Part shown: positions 39,801 through 52,200 of the stretch, one piece after another | Numbering within the stretch: the first letter of the stretch is position 1 | How the letters are laid out: each line of letters starts with the position of its first letter | Source: Macrostomum lignano | Taxonomy: Eukaryota | DNA length: 64,000 nucleotides | NCBI GenBank assembly: GCA_002269645.1 | Contig: NIVC01000099.1 | Coordinates: forward strand, 826,853 to 890,852 | Direction: 5' to 3' | Position numbers and translations under genes: made by a program | The notes under the pieces: generated by a model | What the model saw: only the letters and a program-made list of their open reading frames with translations | Databases searched by the model: none | Told to the model about the DNA's origin: nothing

Positions 39801-40876
39801 TCGCCGTCCAGAGCGGCATCTTTGCGATTAAGCTGCTGGCTCACCTGCGGATGTCCGGAATAGTTTGAACTCCAATTTTACGATCTCTGAGCCACTTTGT
39901 TTTAATCTGTTAGTAGAACGGCCAAGGGGGTGAGGGAGTTGACAACGGAAGCAACGCAGGCGCACGAATTTCAAGGGCACGGGCGAACCTTTTTGCTGTT
40001 GCGCACCTTCGCAAACAAGAATCAAGTCGCCAGCCTTTCGGACCGTCGAGATATTCAAAAATTCTGCCAGAAAGTCGGATTTTTTACAAGTCTGCAAATT
40101 TCACCAGCTCGTCGACGACAGGTGTCTGAATCAGCTCTGACTTCTGGACCTTCAACAGATGGCACCGGGTGACTGTGCCCGGTAAAATTGCTTGGTATTC
40201 CTACTGGAAAGATCATTATGAACTTCAGAGTCCCTAATATCCACTTACAAATCTCTTTCAGAACTCCCAAATCCCTATACAAATATCACCCCATCTCCCT
40301 ACGCAGACTCACGGAAGCTCCGCACTCGTCCTGCGAAGTGAGCGAGTTGGAGGACGCATTGTTAACCTTCATCAGCCGCTTGGCAGCCTTGGGGTCGTTG
40401 GCTAGCGAGGCTTCAACATTGATGAGCTTGTTCTCAGACTTGCGCTGCATCCAGATGCCGCCGCTGTTGCTACCGCCGCCGCCGAGCCCTCCGCCGCTGT
40501 CGGCCACAGCGGAGTGCAGCTCGCCCAGCTGCACAGGCGCGCGCAGCCGCTCCGGACCCGCCGCGTCGCCATTGGCTGTCGCACTGCCAGCCGGCGCGCC
40601 GGAGTCAGCAGCAGCGTCGGCCGCAGAGTCGGCAGAAGCGGCGCCGGAGCAGAATCTGGTGTAGATGGACTCGCAGATGTCGCGCACAGACTCCGGCGTC
40701 TGGTTGGCGTCGGCTTCGTGCAAGAAGTCGCCAATCGCAGCCTCGATGTCGGCGCCGCTGACGAAGTCGTCGACACCGTCTGCCAGCAGGCTGTGCAGGT
40801 ACTGGCTGAAGTCCTCGTCCAGGTTGGCAACCCGGGACTGCAGGAACTGCAGGATTGGCGCGTCGCTGTCTGCCAT
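36828..40876 (-). CDS. ABCF3: ATP-binding cassette sub-family F member 3 (GCN20-like), 735 aa
   Basis: Exons 40313-40876, 39587-39844, 38870-39165, 37857-38412, 36828-37361 (2208 nt, phases consistent). Two NBDs (GRNGLGKT / FSGGWRMR / LLDEPSN; GENGQGKST / LSGGQK / LDEPTN), no TM segments, ABCF3-type N-terminus. Confidence 0.95.
37490..37815. repeat. About 31-bp minisatellite CCAGATTG(G/C)GATTTTATCCCTAGATTCCAAA, ABCF3 intron 4
   Basis: Periodicity. Confidence 0.88.
38470..38755. repeat. Degenerate about 21-bp repeat GAACCCTAAAACCTCCCTTCA, ABCF3 intron 3
   Basis: Periodicity. Confidence 0.8.
39255..39570. repeat. 21-bp minisatellite GATA(C/A)AGAAACCGTGAAT(G/T)C(A/G), ABCF3 intron 2
   Basis: About 15 copies. 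Confidence 0.92.
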
Positions 40877-41823
40877 GCGGCTTGCAAGCTGGGGAGGGCA
40901 GATTTTTATGTACTTAAGCATTTGAGCAGATGAACTCACTCACTCCAGTATCTTCAATGGCGAGTACCCTAGGTTTTATTTTCGTGTAACAGTGTGTCAT
41001 GATGTACCAGCCTTCATCTTTTGTGATCGAGCAAAAGTAAGATATCCATATTATTAGAACTTATTATAAGACTTTATAATTGTAGAGAATTTGCTGAATC
41101 ATGCAATAACTTAAGCCTAGGTAGGTCGCAAACTTTAAGACATGCCAAGAAAACCAAAACTGTGATCCAAATCAGGCATTATACTTAGCAAAACAGCTTT
41201 CTACTTTCAGTTCAGTAACAATGAAGAATACATAAGCTATTTTATAAGAATAGAGGCAGCTAAAATGACTTTGATAAGTTTAGAAGCCTAAGCTTATAGA
41301 CATAAACAATTGCCAATTGGTTCAGATATATATGCATTAGCCATTGAAATATACAGGGCAGATTTAGGCAGAACAATTAAAGAAAGTAATAAAAATTGGG
41401 TATAGTTTAAATTACTACTAAATTGAAGTAACTTACATGCAAATATGCTAAGTGGCTCATTCAGTAGATATTCTAAGAATCTGTGAATTCTATAAAATAT
41501 TCATAATTAAATTAATCAAATAATTGATATAAATAAATACAACTAATATAAAAATTTATAAAACTAATAGATGATTTAAATATTAAAAACCTTAAATAGA
41601 AGTTCTAGGTGCCTAATTATAAACAAATTAATAAATAGTATGGGCTATAAACTAGATTAGACTTTTGCGATTAATACAACTATATAGATAAAAAACAAAA
41701 TTTTGTATAGATAATTGATGTGCCAATCTATTATCCTGCACCAACTTCAATTGGCAGGCTATTATGTGATCTAGACTGATGGGCATTCTTTCATTTTATG
41801 AAACCTATAGGACAATTGATTAC

Positions 41824-42478
41824 TTGCATCAATTTCATTATACAATACCCAATAAAAAATAGTAAGAATTAAAATAGACAGCCATGATTGCAAAAATGCT
41901 ACAATTATAGCTTACTAAACTCTAAAGCATGATCCGTATATTTACTTTCATTAGGGGCCTATATGATGTTTTCAATAGAGAATTTGTTAAGAATGCATTG
42001 TAAAACAAAAGTGAGGGGGTGTAAAAGCAAAAAAAGAGAGAATAGTAAGAATTGGATGTAAGCCATACAAGAATCCTATAATTGTAAGTTATTAAATATT
42101 AGAGCATAATTCTTATATTCACTTTTGTTATAAAAATATGATGCTCTAAATTTAAAATCTAAGTAGAGAATTTATTAGGAATGCATTTTAAAATGAAAGT
42201 GAAGGGGCTTATAGCAAAGAAAAGAATTAAAGACTAAAAAGAAATGGGTGTGACAATACTAAAAAATTGTCATATATTTTCATTTTTATCCCCTTTCACT
42301 TTCATTTTACAATGAATTCTTAACCAATTCTCCTTTAAAGGCTTTGTATAACAAAAATGAATATAAGGATTGTGCTGTAATGAGCTATTATTGTAGCATT
42401 TTTACAATTATGGCTATATCTATTTAATCAATTCTTACTATTTCCATTGGGTATTATATAACAAAATTGATGCAAAAT
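41824..42478. mobile_element. Degenerate AT-rich inverted-repeat element (old MITE/foldback)
   Basis: TTGCATCAATT..ATACAATACCCAAT..AATAGTAAGAATT..AAAAATGCTACAAT at about 41824-41915 is mirrored at about 42380-42478; no TSD recognised. Confidence 0.6.
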
Positions 42479-43275
42479 GTAAATATTATAAAATGAAAGA
42501 ATGATATCTATATTCATTTTTGTTATACAATGCCTTCAAAGGAGAATTGGTTAAGAATGCATTGTATTTTATGAAACTGCCCCTGGGCCTGGGCCCCAAC
42601 CTATTCAGGATATTTTACTGCTCACCTTGCAGGGCCCATTCAGAGGAGGGGCAGGCACTTAGGCAGGATATTTTTAAAGTTATTTTTACCATTATTAGGC
42701 CTAGGCTTAGGGGACAGTTTTCACATTTGGCCCCTTGTCCCTTTTTTGTTAAAATTAGTTAAATGCCTTTTTAGATACTTTCTACTATATTCAGAAATTC
42801 TAGATAACATTGAAAACTTATTTATTATCACTAATATAATAAAATACAATTTAGTTCAGTTCAGTTTAGTTTTGAGATTGTTATTTCAAATAAGATCTTA
42901 TCATGTTTTAGGATTTAAGAATGACAATAATATAGACTTTTTAATAACCTTTTTGAAACCAGTGTGTAGGAATTTTTAAAAATTCAATTAACTATAAACT
43001 AGATATGCATGGGCAGCATGGCTTGCTTAAGTTGTTACTAGATTAGTAGATTAAACTATACTAGTAAACTATACTAGCGACCATCATAGAGTAGAGGCTT
43101 AGCCAGGCCGGGCCGGGGCTTATCAGCTATATAAAAATAAGACAAGGTTATAGAGATATACTTGTTAGTTAGTATATAAATATTATATTCGAAGTATCAT
43201 TTAAAATAGATCCTTAATCCGCCTTTAAACTTTAATTAGGGCCTAGGCCTAACACGAACCAGTTATGCATAGCGA

Positions 43276-44080
43276 GGGGGCGCTTCATAAGACCTAAATT
43301 TCACAACGCCTAAAGCACATGACTTCACATCACCTAAATTTTATAACGCCTAAATTTCACGACGCCTAAAATCGAAAATGCAGCCTCCTTCACAAGGCCT
43401 AAATTTCACATCGCCTAAATTTCATAACGCCTAAAACCGAAAATGCATCCTACTTCATATCGCCTAAATTTCACATCGCCCAAATTTCACAACGCCTAAA
43501 AATCTGCATGCTCTTTCATATCGCCTAAACTTCATGTCGCCTAAATTTCACAACACCTAAAACTGAATGTGAAGGAGAGAAGCAAAGATTTTAGGCGTTG
43601 TGAAATTTAGGCGATATGAAATTTAGGCGATGTGAAGGATGCTGCATTTTAGGTTTTAGGCGTTGTGAAATTTAGGCGATATGAAATTTAGGCGTTGTGA
43701 TTGTGAAGGAGGCTGCATATATTTTAGGCATTGTGAAATTTAGGCGATATGAAATTTAGGCGATGTGAAGGAGGCTGCACTTTTGATTTTAGGCGTTGTG
43801 AAATTTAGGCGATATGAAATTTAGGCGTTGTGAAGGAGGCTGCATATATTTTAGGCATTGTGAAATTTAGGCGATATGAAATTTAGGCGATGTGAAGGAG
43901 GCTGCACTTTTGATTTTAGGCGTTGTGAAATTTAGGCGATATGAAATTTAGGCGATGTGAAAGAGCGTGCAAATATTTTAGGCGTTGTGAAATTTAGGCG
44001 ATATGAAATTTAGGCGTTGTGAAGTGTGGTGGTTTTAGGCGTTGTGAAATTTAGGTCTTATGAAAGCGTCGGCCGTCCCC
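43276..44080. mobile_element. Foldback-like element: inverted arms built of 16-bp repeats (CCTAAATTTCACA(A/T)CG), 7-8-bp TSD
   Basis: Left TTCATAAGACCTAAATTTCACAACGCCTAAA mirrored by right TTTAGGCGTTGTGAAATTTAGGTCTTATGAA; CATAGCGA at 43268-75 and 44080-87; GGGG...CCCC ends. Confidence 0.8.
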
Positions 44081-45284
44081 ATAGCGAAGCCTCAGAGGCT
44101 CATCCTCAGTCAGCCCGATTGCAGTTGCAGTGTGTGCGTGTGTATTTTCTTCGAAACAATTAAAGCCTAATACAAACAAAATGTTAAGAAAATATTTTTA
44201 AGTAGCTGCTAAGAGCATTGAGTCTAATAAATTTTATTGATATGGTACAAAAGGAACAACTAAATGCTAATAACAGGCTATCGATAAGTTTTTTTCAAGT
44301 TATTATTTCTATTATCGATTAAAAATTATAATACTTAATAATAATATAGATTATTGGCCTGTTGGCCTTTCAGCTTCAAAACTTCAACTTAAATGAATTT
44401 ATTGATTCATACAGAATAAATGTAAAGAACTTTAAACTTTAAATAGCCTAATATCTATAATGCTGACTGAAAAAACTAATGTAGATAGCAAGCTCATAAT
44501 TAATTTCATAATTTAACTTGTTTTAATTTATTTTAAAGCCAAAGGCGTCAACAATCCTCAAATGTAAAAAAATTCTTTTCTAGGGCTTTCAAATTTTACT
44601 AAATGATGTAATTTTAAATGTCAGTGTCTTGTGTTAAGTTACATGAATTTTAATTTAGCATGTAACTTTCACTTATTATTCATGAGAGAAAACTACTAAA
44701 TGAAAAACATGGAGCCAGCCTATTTTCTACATCAAAAATTTTCCCAGCTCTGGCTGTTCAAACAGCATGTGCTCGCTAGAACTGGCTAGTGTCATTAAAA
44801 ATAATAATAATAACAATAACAACTTTTCACTGTAGCTCTGAATATAAGCAAAGCAGTTGAAACTTCATATATGGCTAAAATAGATTACAAAAACTTAAAT
44901 CATTTTTTAATCCACAAATTACATATTTTTAGATTTTACATCAGGTCTTTCCTCTCGTTTTAAATAAAATTAAAATAGACATATTTTAAATCAAATGATG
45001 AGAACTTATGGAGTAACTAGTCTGATTCATTTGTTACAGACTATAAGATAAAATATAGATACAGTATACTTACTTTCATCAAGGATTTAGATTTAAACTA
45101 TCACTGAATGAATTTGCTACATTGAGCTATGCCTGGTGCAGTTAAAAATATAACAAGCAGATAAGATCATAAATTGTGTGATTACTAAGTATAATGTAAT
45201 AAATTAAACTATTCACATGGTAATTTTATACAAGCCAACGATTTCTACTCTCAAAATCATTTATCTTCTTTCCTGATTGCAGGC

Positions 45285-46549
45285 ATGAACTGCACAGCGA
45301 AATTTTTATTGATTCTGGTGCAGCTGGTGTACGCTGGTCTGTCAATGTCATCTTTTGCTTCCGATCCAGACCATTGCAAAGGTGATTAAAGAGTTAATGT
45401 ATTACTTTTCCCAATAAATTATAAATATTGCATGAGCTTTAGTCTTTAGTAGGGTCAAATTCACAATATGTGTACTCTTAGGTTTAAACTATGTACTTTA
45501 TAAACTAATTTATGCTTACCTATCCTGTGTTAGACCAGAACATGGACTGTGTGGAATGCGACTCACTGTACGACAGCCGATGCCGCGACCCCTTCGACGT
45601 GTCCCTGGTCAAGCGCGGTTTGGTTCCGTCAGTGCGCTGCGGCGGAGTCTGCTCCAAATGGGTGCACAGATACGCTGGTAAGGGCTAATTCTCTTCTCTC
45701 AGGTCAACATGAGCACAAGTTAGCTATCAGGGCGATAGTAAACTAAATTGAGCGGTACCGCGCTCACATCAGATCCCGAATTCCATTCGTTTCAGACCAC
45801 TATAATGTCGAGTTTCATGCGAGAGTCAGGGCTTTTAGTGTAGCTAGTGGTTGGAGCGTCGGACTTACGACTGAAAGGTCGGGGGTTCGATTCTCGACCC
45901 ACTCGGAACAATTTGTATCCTTGAGCAAGAGGACACTTAACACTTCACGCTTCAGTTCAAAAGGATGCCAGCATTACCTGTGGTAATTGAGGGTGTATGG
46001 CGACCTCCCAGTCCTTGGCCTGAACAGTTGTACGCAGCCTAGATGCGCCATGCAATAGCTGCGGCTGAGCTGTCGGTTGCACATCTGCCCATTAGGGCAG
46101 GTGTAATCAACTATTATATGTAAATAACTATTATATTACATTAATATGCGCTAATGTTAGCCTGGGACTCGTGTGACTCGTGTGACGCTCATAAAAGGTG
46201 TATTGTGCCTGAGTACGTATCCGTGTGAGGGTGTGCTCAGGTGTGAGCAGGATGAGCGGGCACGCCAGACTGCGGCATCAGTGACAGCAGCGACTTAATC
46301 ATGCAAGCACAATATCGCCATTCAGACGGCAGTTCCCGGGTGCGGCGCACCTGTTCAAAGAACCTGCGGCTGAAGAAGGTGTCGCCCTACCTGGTCTGCA
46401 TCGACGAGTCCCGGCGCAACGGCCAGCTCTGCTTCTGCGACAAGCGAAATTGTAACGCTGCTGTGGCGCTAAAAGCTGCTGGCTTCAGCTCGGCTGTTGT
46501 CTCTGTGATGCTGCTGCTGCTTTGGAGTATACGGCTTGAACTTCTTTGA
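45285..46549 (+). CDS. Ly6/uPAR three-finger protein, quiver/sleepless-like, predicted GPI anchor
   Basis: Exons 45285-45381, 45534-45677, 46326-46549 (phase 1/1). Signal-like N-terminus, CVECDSLYDSRCRDPF, CGGVCSKW, RRTC, LCFCDKRNCN, hydrophobic C-terminus. Confidence 0.85.
45829..46135 (+). mobile_element. tRNA-derived SINE in intron 2 of the Ly6 gene
   Basis: A box TAGCTAGTGG and B box GGTTCGATTC with broken tRNA stems, followed by TGTATCCTTGAGCAAGAGGACACTTAAC and an AT-rich tail; 3' end uncertain. Confidence 0.7.
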
Positions 46550-47479
46550 ACTGCCTTGCTGACTATAATTTATCAATCAGTTTTATTTATTTTAATGACT
46601 ACTTCACCCGTACGACTCAACTTAGACATGATTTTACTTTGACGAGGACTGATTTTTCCAATCAATATTTATTCCTGATATACAAAGATGTTGTTGTGTG
46701 AGCTTGCAATTTTACACTTTGTTGTTTCCGGTTATGAGTGACGTCGCCTCTGCACTATTTTGCAAGGAAAGTATTTTAGCCAATTGCTCATTATATCCTT
46801 TGCCTTAGCAGCTTGTTTAGTGTCTTTCGGCTTGAGATAATCAAAGAAGCGATTAGTTTAAGAAGCTCTTCGTCTTATGCTGCTTTTGTGTCTTATTCTA
46901 GTGTCATAGCAGAGCATTTTATGGTACTATATTGTGTACTGTTACAATATTGATGCACACTAGTATTTTTAGATTGTTTTATTGTATAATTGGCAATTTT
47001 AGAGTCACCAGAACAGCTCTAAGCTTCATTTAGTTGATTAGTAATTGTCTGGTGAATTGCTGAAATGAAATCAATTAAAGCATAATAAATTTTATCAGGC
47101 AATCTATTATCCGAACAAAATATACAATTTTTATTAGACTGCACAGCCAGAAATATGTCTTACCAGCAATGACGAGAAGATACTCAGTTTAAAAGCCACT
47201 ACATCAATCACCTTTCTGGAGTGACGCCCTGTTCAAAAACTGATTTTCTAATTGCTTTCGCAAGTCTGTGAGGCTCTGGCCGATTGAAATGCAGAAAAAT
47301 TCGGTTAAAAAACGTGCTATATGTACCTGTTTGTAAGCACGTGCTTCAATCGGAGCCATTAACAGGTTAAATGTAAAGTGTAACCTCTAGAGCACCCGTT
47401 TTGTGCATGCCACCTTTGTGCTGCGATTGAGTGAAGTCACGACATACATGTAGTGAAAAGCTTGTCTAAGCTGACTTCC

Positions 47480-47870
47480 GTTCGTGAGGGCAGTCCTGCA
47501 GTCCGAGGTACTAGTGTTGTTCCAGGCGGTGGTCGAGACCGTCCTGCTGTACAGCGGACTTGCTCGAGCGACAAGTAGATGCCGCGCCGCCTTCAAGATC
47601 GGAGACGAGCGAGTCACCAAAGCGACACTGTATCGCCGCGCCAGCCTGGTCCGTCAGCGACCCATTGTGCCGTGACGATTGCACCTTATCAGGCCACATC
47701 ATCCGCGCCGAGTCCACTGTTCACATCTGGTGCAGGAGGTACTGCTGCTGACGCAGGGACAGGCGCGCATTCGGCATTTCGTCGACTGCCTGCTGACTGA
47801 CGCTGGCGCCTCGGACTCGGTCGGCGGCGTGGCCTTCGTTCGCAACGTGGCTCAAAGGCGCGACATGTGA
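47480..47870 (+). mobile_element. Degenerate 3' fragment of a non-LTR retrotransposon ORF2 (RTE-like)
   Basis: Frame-broken peptides LFQAVVETVLLY and GHIIRAES resemble the post-RT ES.LLYG / LRWAGHV.R motifs of RTE-type LINEs. Confidence 0.6.
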
Positions 47871-49120
47871 AGCTGCCGTTTAAAGACCTTGACAGCGTAT
47901 TTTGCTGTTTTTGTATTTTGATCGATAACTTATGCAGCTTGGACAGCTTGGACCTTCTCTTACTCGAGAAGCTCTTTAATGCGGAACCGTCCAACACATC
48001 CTGTCCAGATTCCACTTTTCCAATCGCGGACATGCGAACGAAAATGGGAGCAGCAATCCAAAATGGGAAAAGTGTAAATTCACTAACAACACACAGCAAG
48101 CCTGCGTTAGCTCCATGTTTCTCGGCATCTTATATACCCCATCAGGATGAATTACGACACTGTTCGAATGGTACTTCGTAACTGGTCCACTGTAACCATC
48201 TTGGAGTTTGAACGGGTTCCCGTAATGCAGTATAGAAAGGGCATGCTATAAAAGTACATAATATCACGAGCCCTCACAGATGATCGCGAGCACATTTCCG
48301 TCACTTGTAGAATTGAGCTTTGAAACTAAAGTACATGTACAGCATAGTCTAATGCATCGGAAGTTGTACGTGTATTAGCATGGCTTGGGCAAGATTTTTT
48401 TTATAAGAGGGGGCCGCAACCCTTGCCAGTATTTGGTGGGCGTCACTGTCTCTCAGAGGGCGCCTTTGTCTCTTGTTGGTGGGCGCCCCTGTCTCTTGGT
48501 GGGCCTCTATCTCTCTCTCTCTCAGAGGGCGCCCCTGTCTCTTAATTGGTGGGTGCCGCTGTCTCTTGGTGAACGTACCAGGTAATTCGTCGAGATTGGT
48601 CGCCTCTTTCACTTCGTTTTTTAAGAATTGGAGAAGTGAAATTTTAGGGCGATTAAGGCGAATACGGCCCTGCGTCCGCCCCTGACATGGATGATTGTAT
48701 GATCTAAAAGAGAAAACGAAGTAACGAAGCAATTTCAAAATAATCGTCTGCAGCAATCCGAAATCAATAGTCGAAAAAAATTGCATCGCAAAACATGATT
48801 TGTGCCTTTTTGTGGACTCCAAATACCAATGAATTGTCACGATTCAATTTTTCGCAGGTGATAAACAGCCGCCTTATGCCACTCGACTTATTTATTGGAG
48901 GATAGCTCTGCACTTAAAAGGTGGAAAACAAGAGAACGCATGCGCATATCGGTATGGATTATCCATTGAAAGCAGATGGGCCGTGACTTACAGATGATTC
49001 TACTGACCTCACTATCTGACTAGCAGCAGTTTCAGGGGCAGCTGAAATCAAGCGCATTCGAAAACTGCTTTGTCAGCGTATTCTCGGGCGTCAGGGCGTT
49101 TCCTTCCAGTCTCAATAGTT

Positions 49121-49128
49121 TATAAAAG
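49121..49128 (+). promoter_or_regulatory. Candidate TATA box of the giant secreted protein gene
   Basis: TATAAAAG about 140 bp upstream of ATG 49267. Confidence 0.45.
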
Positions 49129-49266
49129 CGAAAATCGAAAACAGTGGCTGAATAACAATTCGAGTCAGAGTTCTCCCATTCAACCAGATTGGGAAACTTC
49201 AGCCTATATTTTACTAGAATCTGTTACTAATCTGTTCAGACGGACTGAGCAATCGCATCGATAGCA

Positions 49267-52200
49267 ATGAGGATGCTAGCGTCGGCTACCAGTCTCATGC
49301 TGGTTGCCACTGCGCTACTGACAACTGTCCGGTGAGTTTGATACTACTCTAAGTAAGCAGTTTTGATTACTATATGCATCTACACTGTAAAGCTAATAGA
49401 AATGGTCCTTTTTCATTTTTTTCAACAAAATTAGCGCCCATCCCAAGACTGGTCTTTCACCCACGGTGAGGGACCCGGTGGTCAAGTGCGGCAACGCTGA
49501 CTACGTTATAGTGCTGAACCTGCAGCGCAAAGACTTCGACAGTTTGACAGCCTATCAGCAGCAGATGACTGCTGTTGTCGCTCGCGCCCGCCTCCTCACT
49601 GAGAACGACATCGGCGTCGGCTTTGTAGCCTTCTCCAAGAAGGTCGAGCACACGATACCGGTGACGCGCAATCTGACGCTAGTGCAGCGCAAACTCAACC
49701 GGCTGCTGTCCCAGCTTCCGCGGTTCGACGGAATCGCCACGGGAGACGCCATGCTGGCTGCCAAGCACCTGCTCGCCAAGTACCACCACCAGCTGGTTGA
49801 GGTGGGAAGACGCAAGTGCAAGCTGCTGGCTGTGGTGGCAGTGGGTGGCGACCGAAACGCTGGCACTCACCGCACGTTCGCCGCGTCGACGCAACTGCGC
49901 CGTGTTGCCTCGCACGTATTTGCAGTCAACCTGGCGGGCGGAGCCTCTCCGTGAGTTGATTGAACTGCAGGCAGTCTCATTTTTGCTAGCGTTTGAGTGG
50001 GGAAGACTTTTGCTTCGATTTTTGTCTGCTTAATCTTGATTATTTCATCCAATTCCATCCCCCAATTAAATTTTGTAACCGTCTCTCGTCTCTCTAATGC
50101 ACTTCCTGCAGCAAAGAGCTCTACAGAATCGCTAGCGACGGAACGCGTGGCATCTTCGACGCGTCCAACATTGTTGAAGTCCTCACCAAGACCGAGGCCT
50201 ACGCCCAGGTGTTCTGTCCGTGCCCGCTGTCCTGGACCACCTATGACAACTGCACAGTCCGGGGCCGGGCGCAGGTGCAGCGCTTCTTCTACAATCGATC
50301 GGAGGAGTTGCCGCACAATTGCATCAGAAAGTTAGCGATTTCGTTCGAGCCGTGTGGTAAGCCCTTTTTTATTGCTTTTTAACAACAGTTCAATTTTAAA
50401 GTATTCTTATGGATGATCGTGGATTGTACTACATTGTTGCGCCTTGAGCAAAGCCCACGAGATCTAGAAGACCAGCAGCAAGTCAGAGCCACTGCATGCA
50501 GCCTGCACGAGTCGTGCTTATGCATCCACACGCACATTTATGCTCGCGCTTACTCGAAGGGGTGTGAAATTATTGTAGGTTAGAATTGGCGAACTCTGTG
50601 AGACGCTGCTGATGACAGCTAAATGCACAGCACTTCTAAGTAGTGGCTGACATGCTTAAACAGACAGAATCAGGGGACTGGGAGTGGCTCTCAGGTCAAA
50701 AGTGCCAAAATATTCGCATAAGTCACCAGCTAACTCTCATCGCCAACAGATTGCCCTCCAAATCGAGTTGAGCGAAGCGAATGCGTCAACGGATTCATTC
50801 GAATCTCCACCTTTGTGTACTCCCGGCCTGACAACAACAGCGACTGTACGGAGTCCGTGACCACCCAGACTGAGGCCTGCGGCAGGGCCACCGGCTGCGA
50901 GTCCTTTGTGTGTCCGCCGGGGTCCGTGTGCGTTAACGGCACCAATAACAGTGAGTTGAGAAACGCTAAATAACTCGCGGTCTTCATACTCGTAAAATTA
51001 TTTATATAACATCAAATTGGATGTGAATTGAGCACAAAATGGAGCCCGAACTTTGCGCTCTGGGTCCAACTACATCGAAACGATTTCTTGTCGGCTTACC
51101 TGACTAGAAACACTGAGATACCAAATTCGAGTCTTCTCTATTGGGTTCTAGCATAGAATGGGATGGATTGGGTGGTGTGACGTTCTATTTAGACTATACT
51201 GAGAAAAGTAGACGTGTACAATTTAGGTTGTAAAATCTCTCTCATACCTGGAAAGATGCCGCCTTAAAAGAAGACAGCATAAAAGAAAGAAAAGTCTGTG
51301 CACACGGAATGCTGGGAGAGGGGCCCACTGACCAAGGCAAACAAGCCGAGGTTCAACCCCCACTTTTAGTGTGTCACATGTGGGTTTCTTGATGTTTCTA
51401 GTTATTGATATCTCGGTGATGCTACTCGCTTCAAAGGCATTGTTTTCGATGAAACTGCGCCGTACCTCACAGTATTTCGTAGTATACATAAATTGCAACA
51501 TATGTATCTCTTCAGCAGATCTGAAGTCTCGTCACAGTGACACTGAATGCGCCCTATCTCCACCAGGGGCATCACCAGCGGAAGGACATGCCCCCCCCCC
51601 GATTAAAGCTATGGGGGCATGTCTATGCTTTCGCCCCGGCACCACCTCGTGACCTGTTATGAAAATCTAGAACTTCTCTTCAGGCGCCAAAATAAGTCCC
51701 TTCATTGCCAAAAAAATCAGTACTGACGTCTAGGATTCTTGATTTTGCAACCTCCACCAAAAAACCCATGGCCAGGGGCTTGATCTCAACCACTCTACAT
51801 TCACAGCCATCAGATGCAACTGCACGAATCCCAACGACATCTTCAAGACCACTGGCTGCGAGAGCTGCGGCGACCGCTCCCCGCTCACCCGCTACGGACC
51901 CTGCATTAACCGCCAGCGCACTGTCGTGGTGACCACCTTCACCAGGATCAACGACACCTACTGTCACCACGTTTTCAACATGCGGAAAGAGAATTGCTCA
52001 GGTAGGAAATGGGAGCTGCCTCCTGATCAGAGATCGGGGGTCAGACGATCAGAAGTTTGGGAGGTCATCCTGACAGTTGGGAGGGGAGGTCATCCTGACA
52101 GTTGGGAGGGGAGGTCATCCTGACAGTTGGGAGGGGAGGTCATCCTGACAGTTGGGAGGGGAGGTCATCCTGACAGTTGGGAGGGGAGGTCATCCTGACA

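Noticed and set aside
45829-45905. Functional tRNA gene (Val-like loop CTTACGA); likewise 63320-63395
   Set aside because: Acceptor and anticodon stems do not pair, and both continue into SINE-like bodies.
47689-48099. Minus ORF with GKVESGQDVLD, reminiscent of cyclophilin
   Set aside because: Flanking residues do not fit, and there is no exon structure.
48370-48686. hAT-like MITE (end reads CAGGGGCGGACGCAGG on minus); also CAGGGGCATCACCAG near 51564
   Set aside because: Only one terminus found in each case; no partner TIR or TSD.
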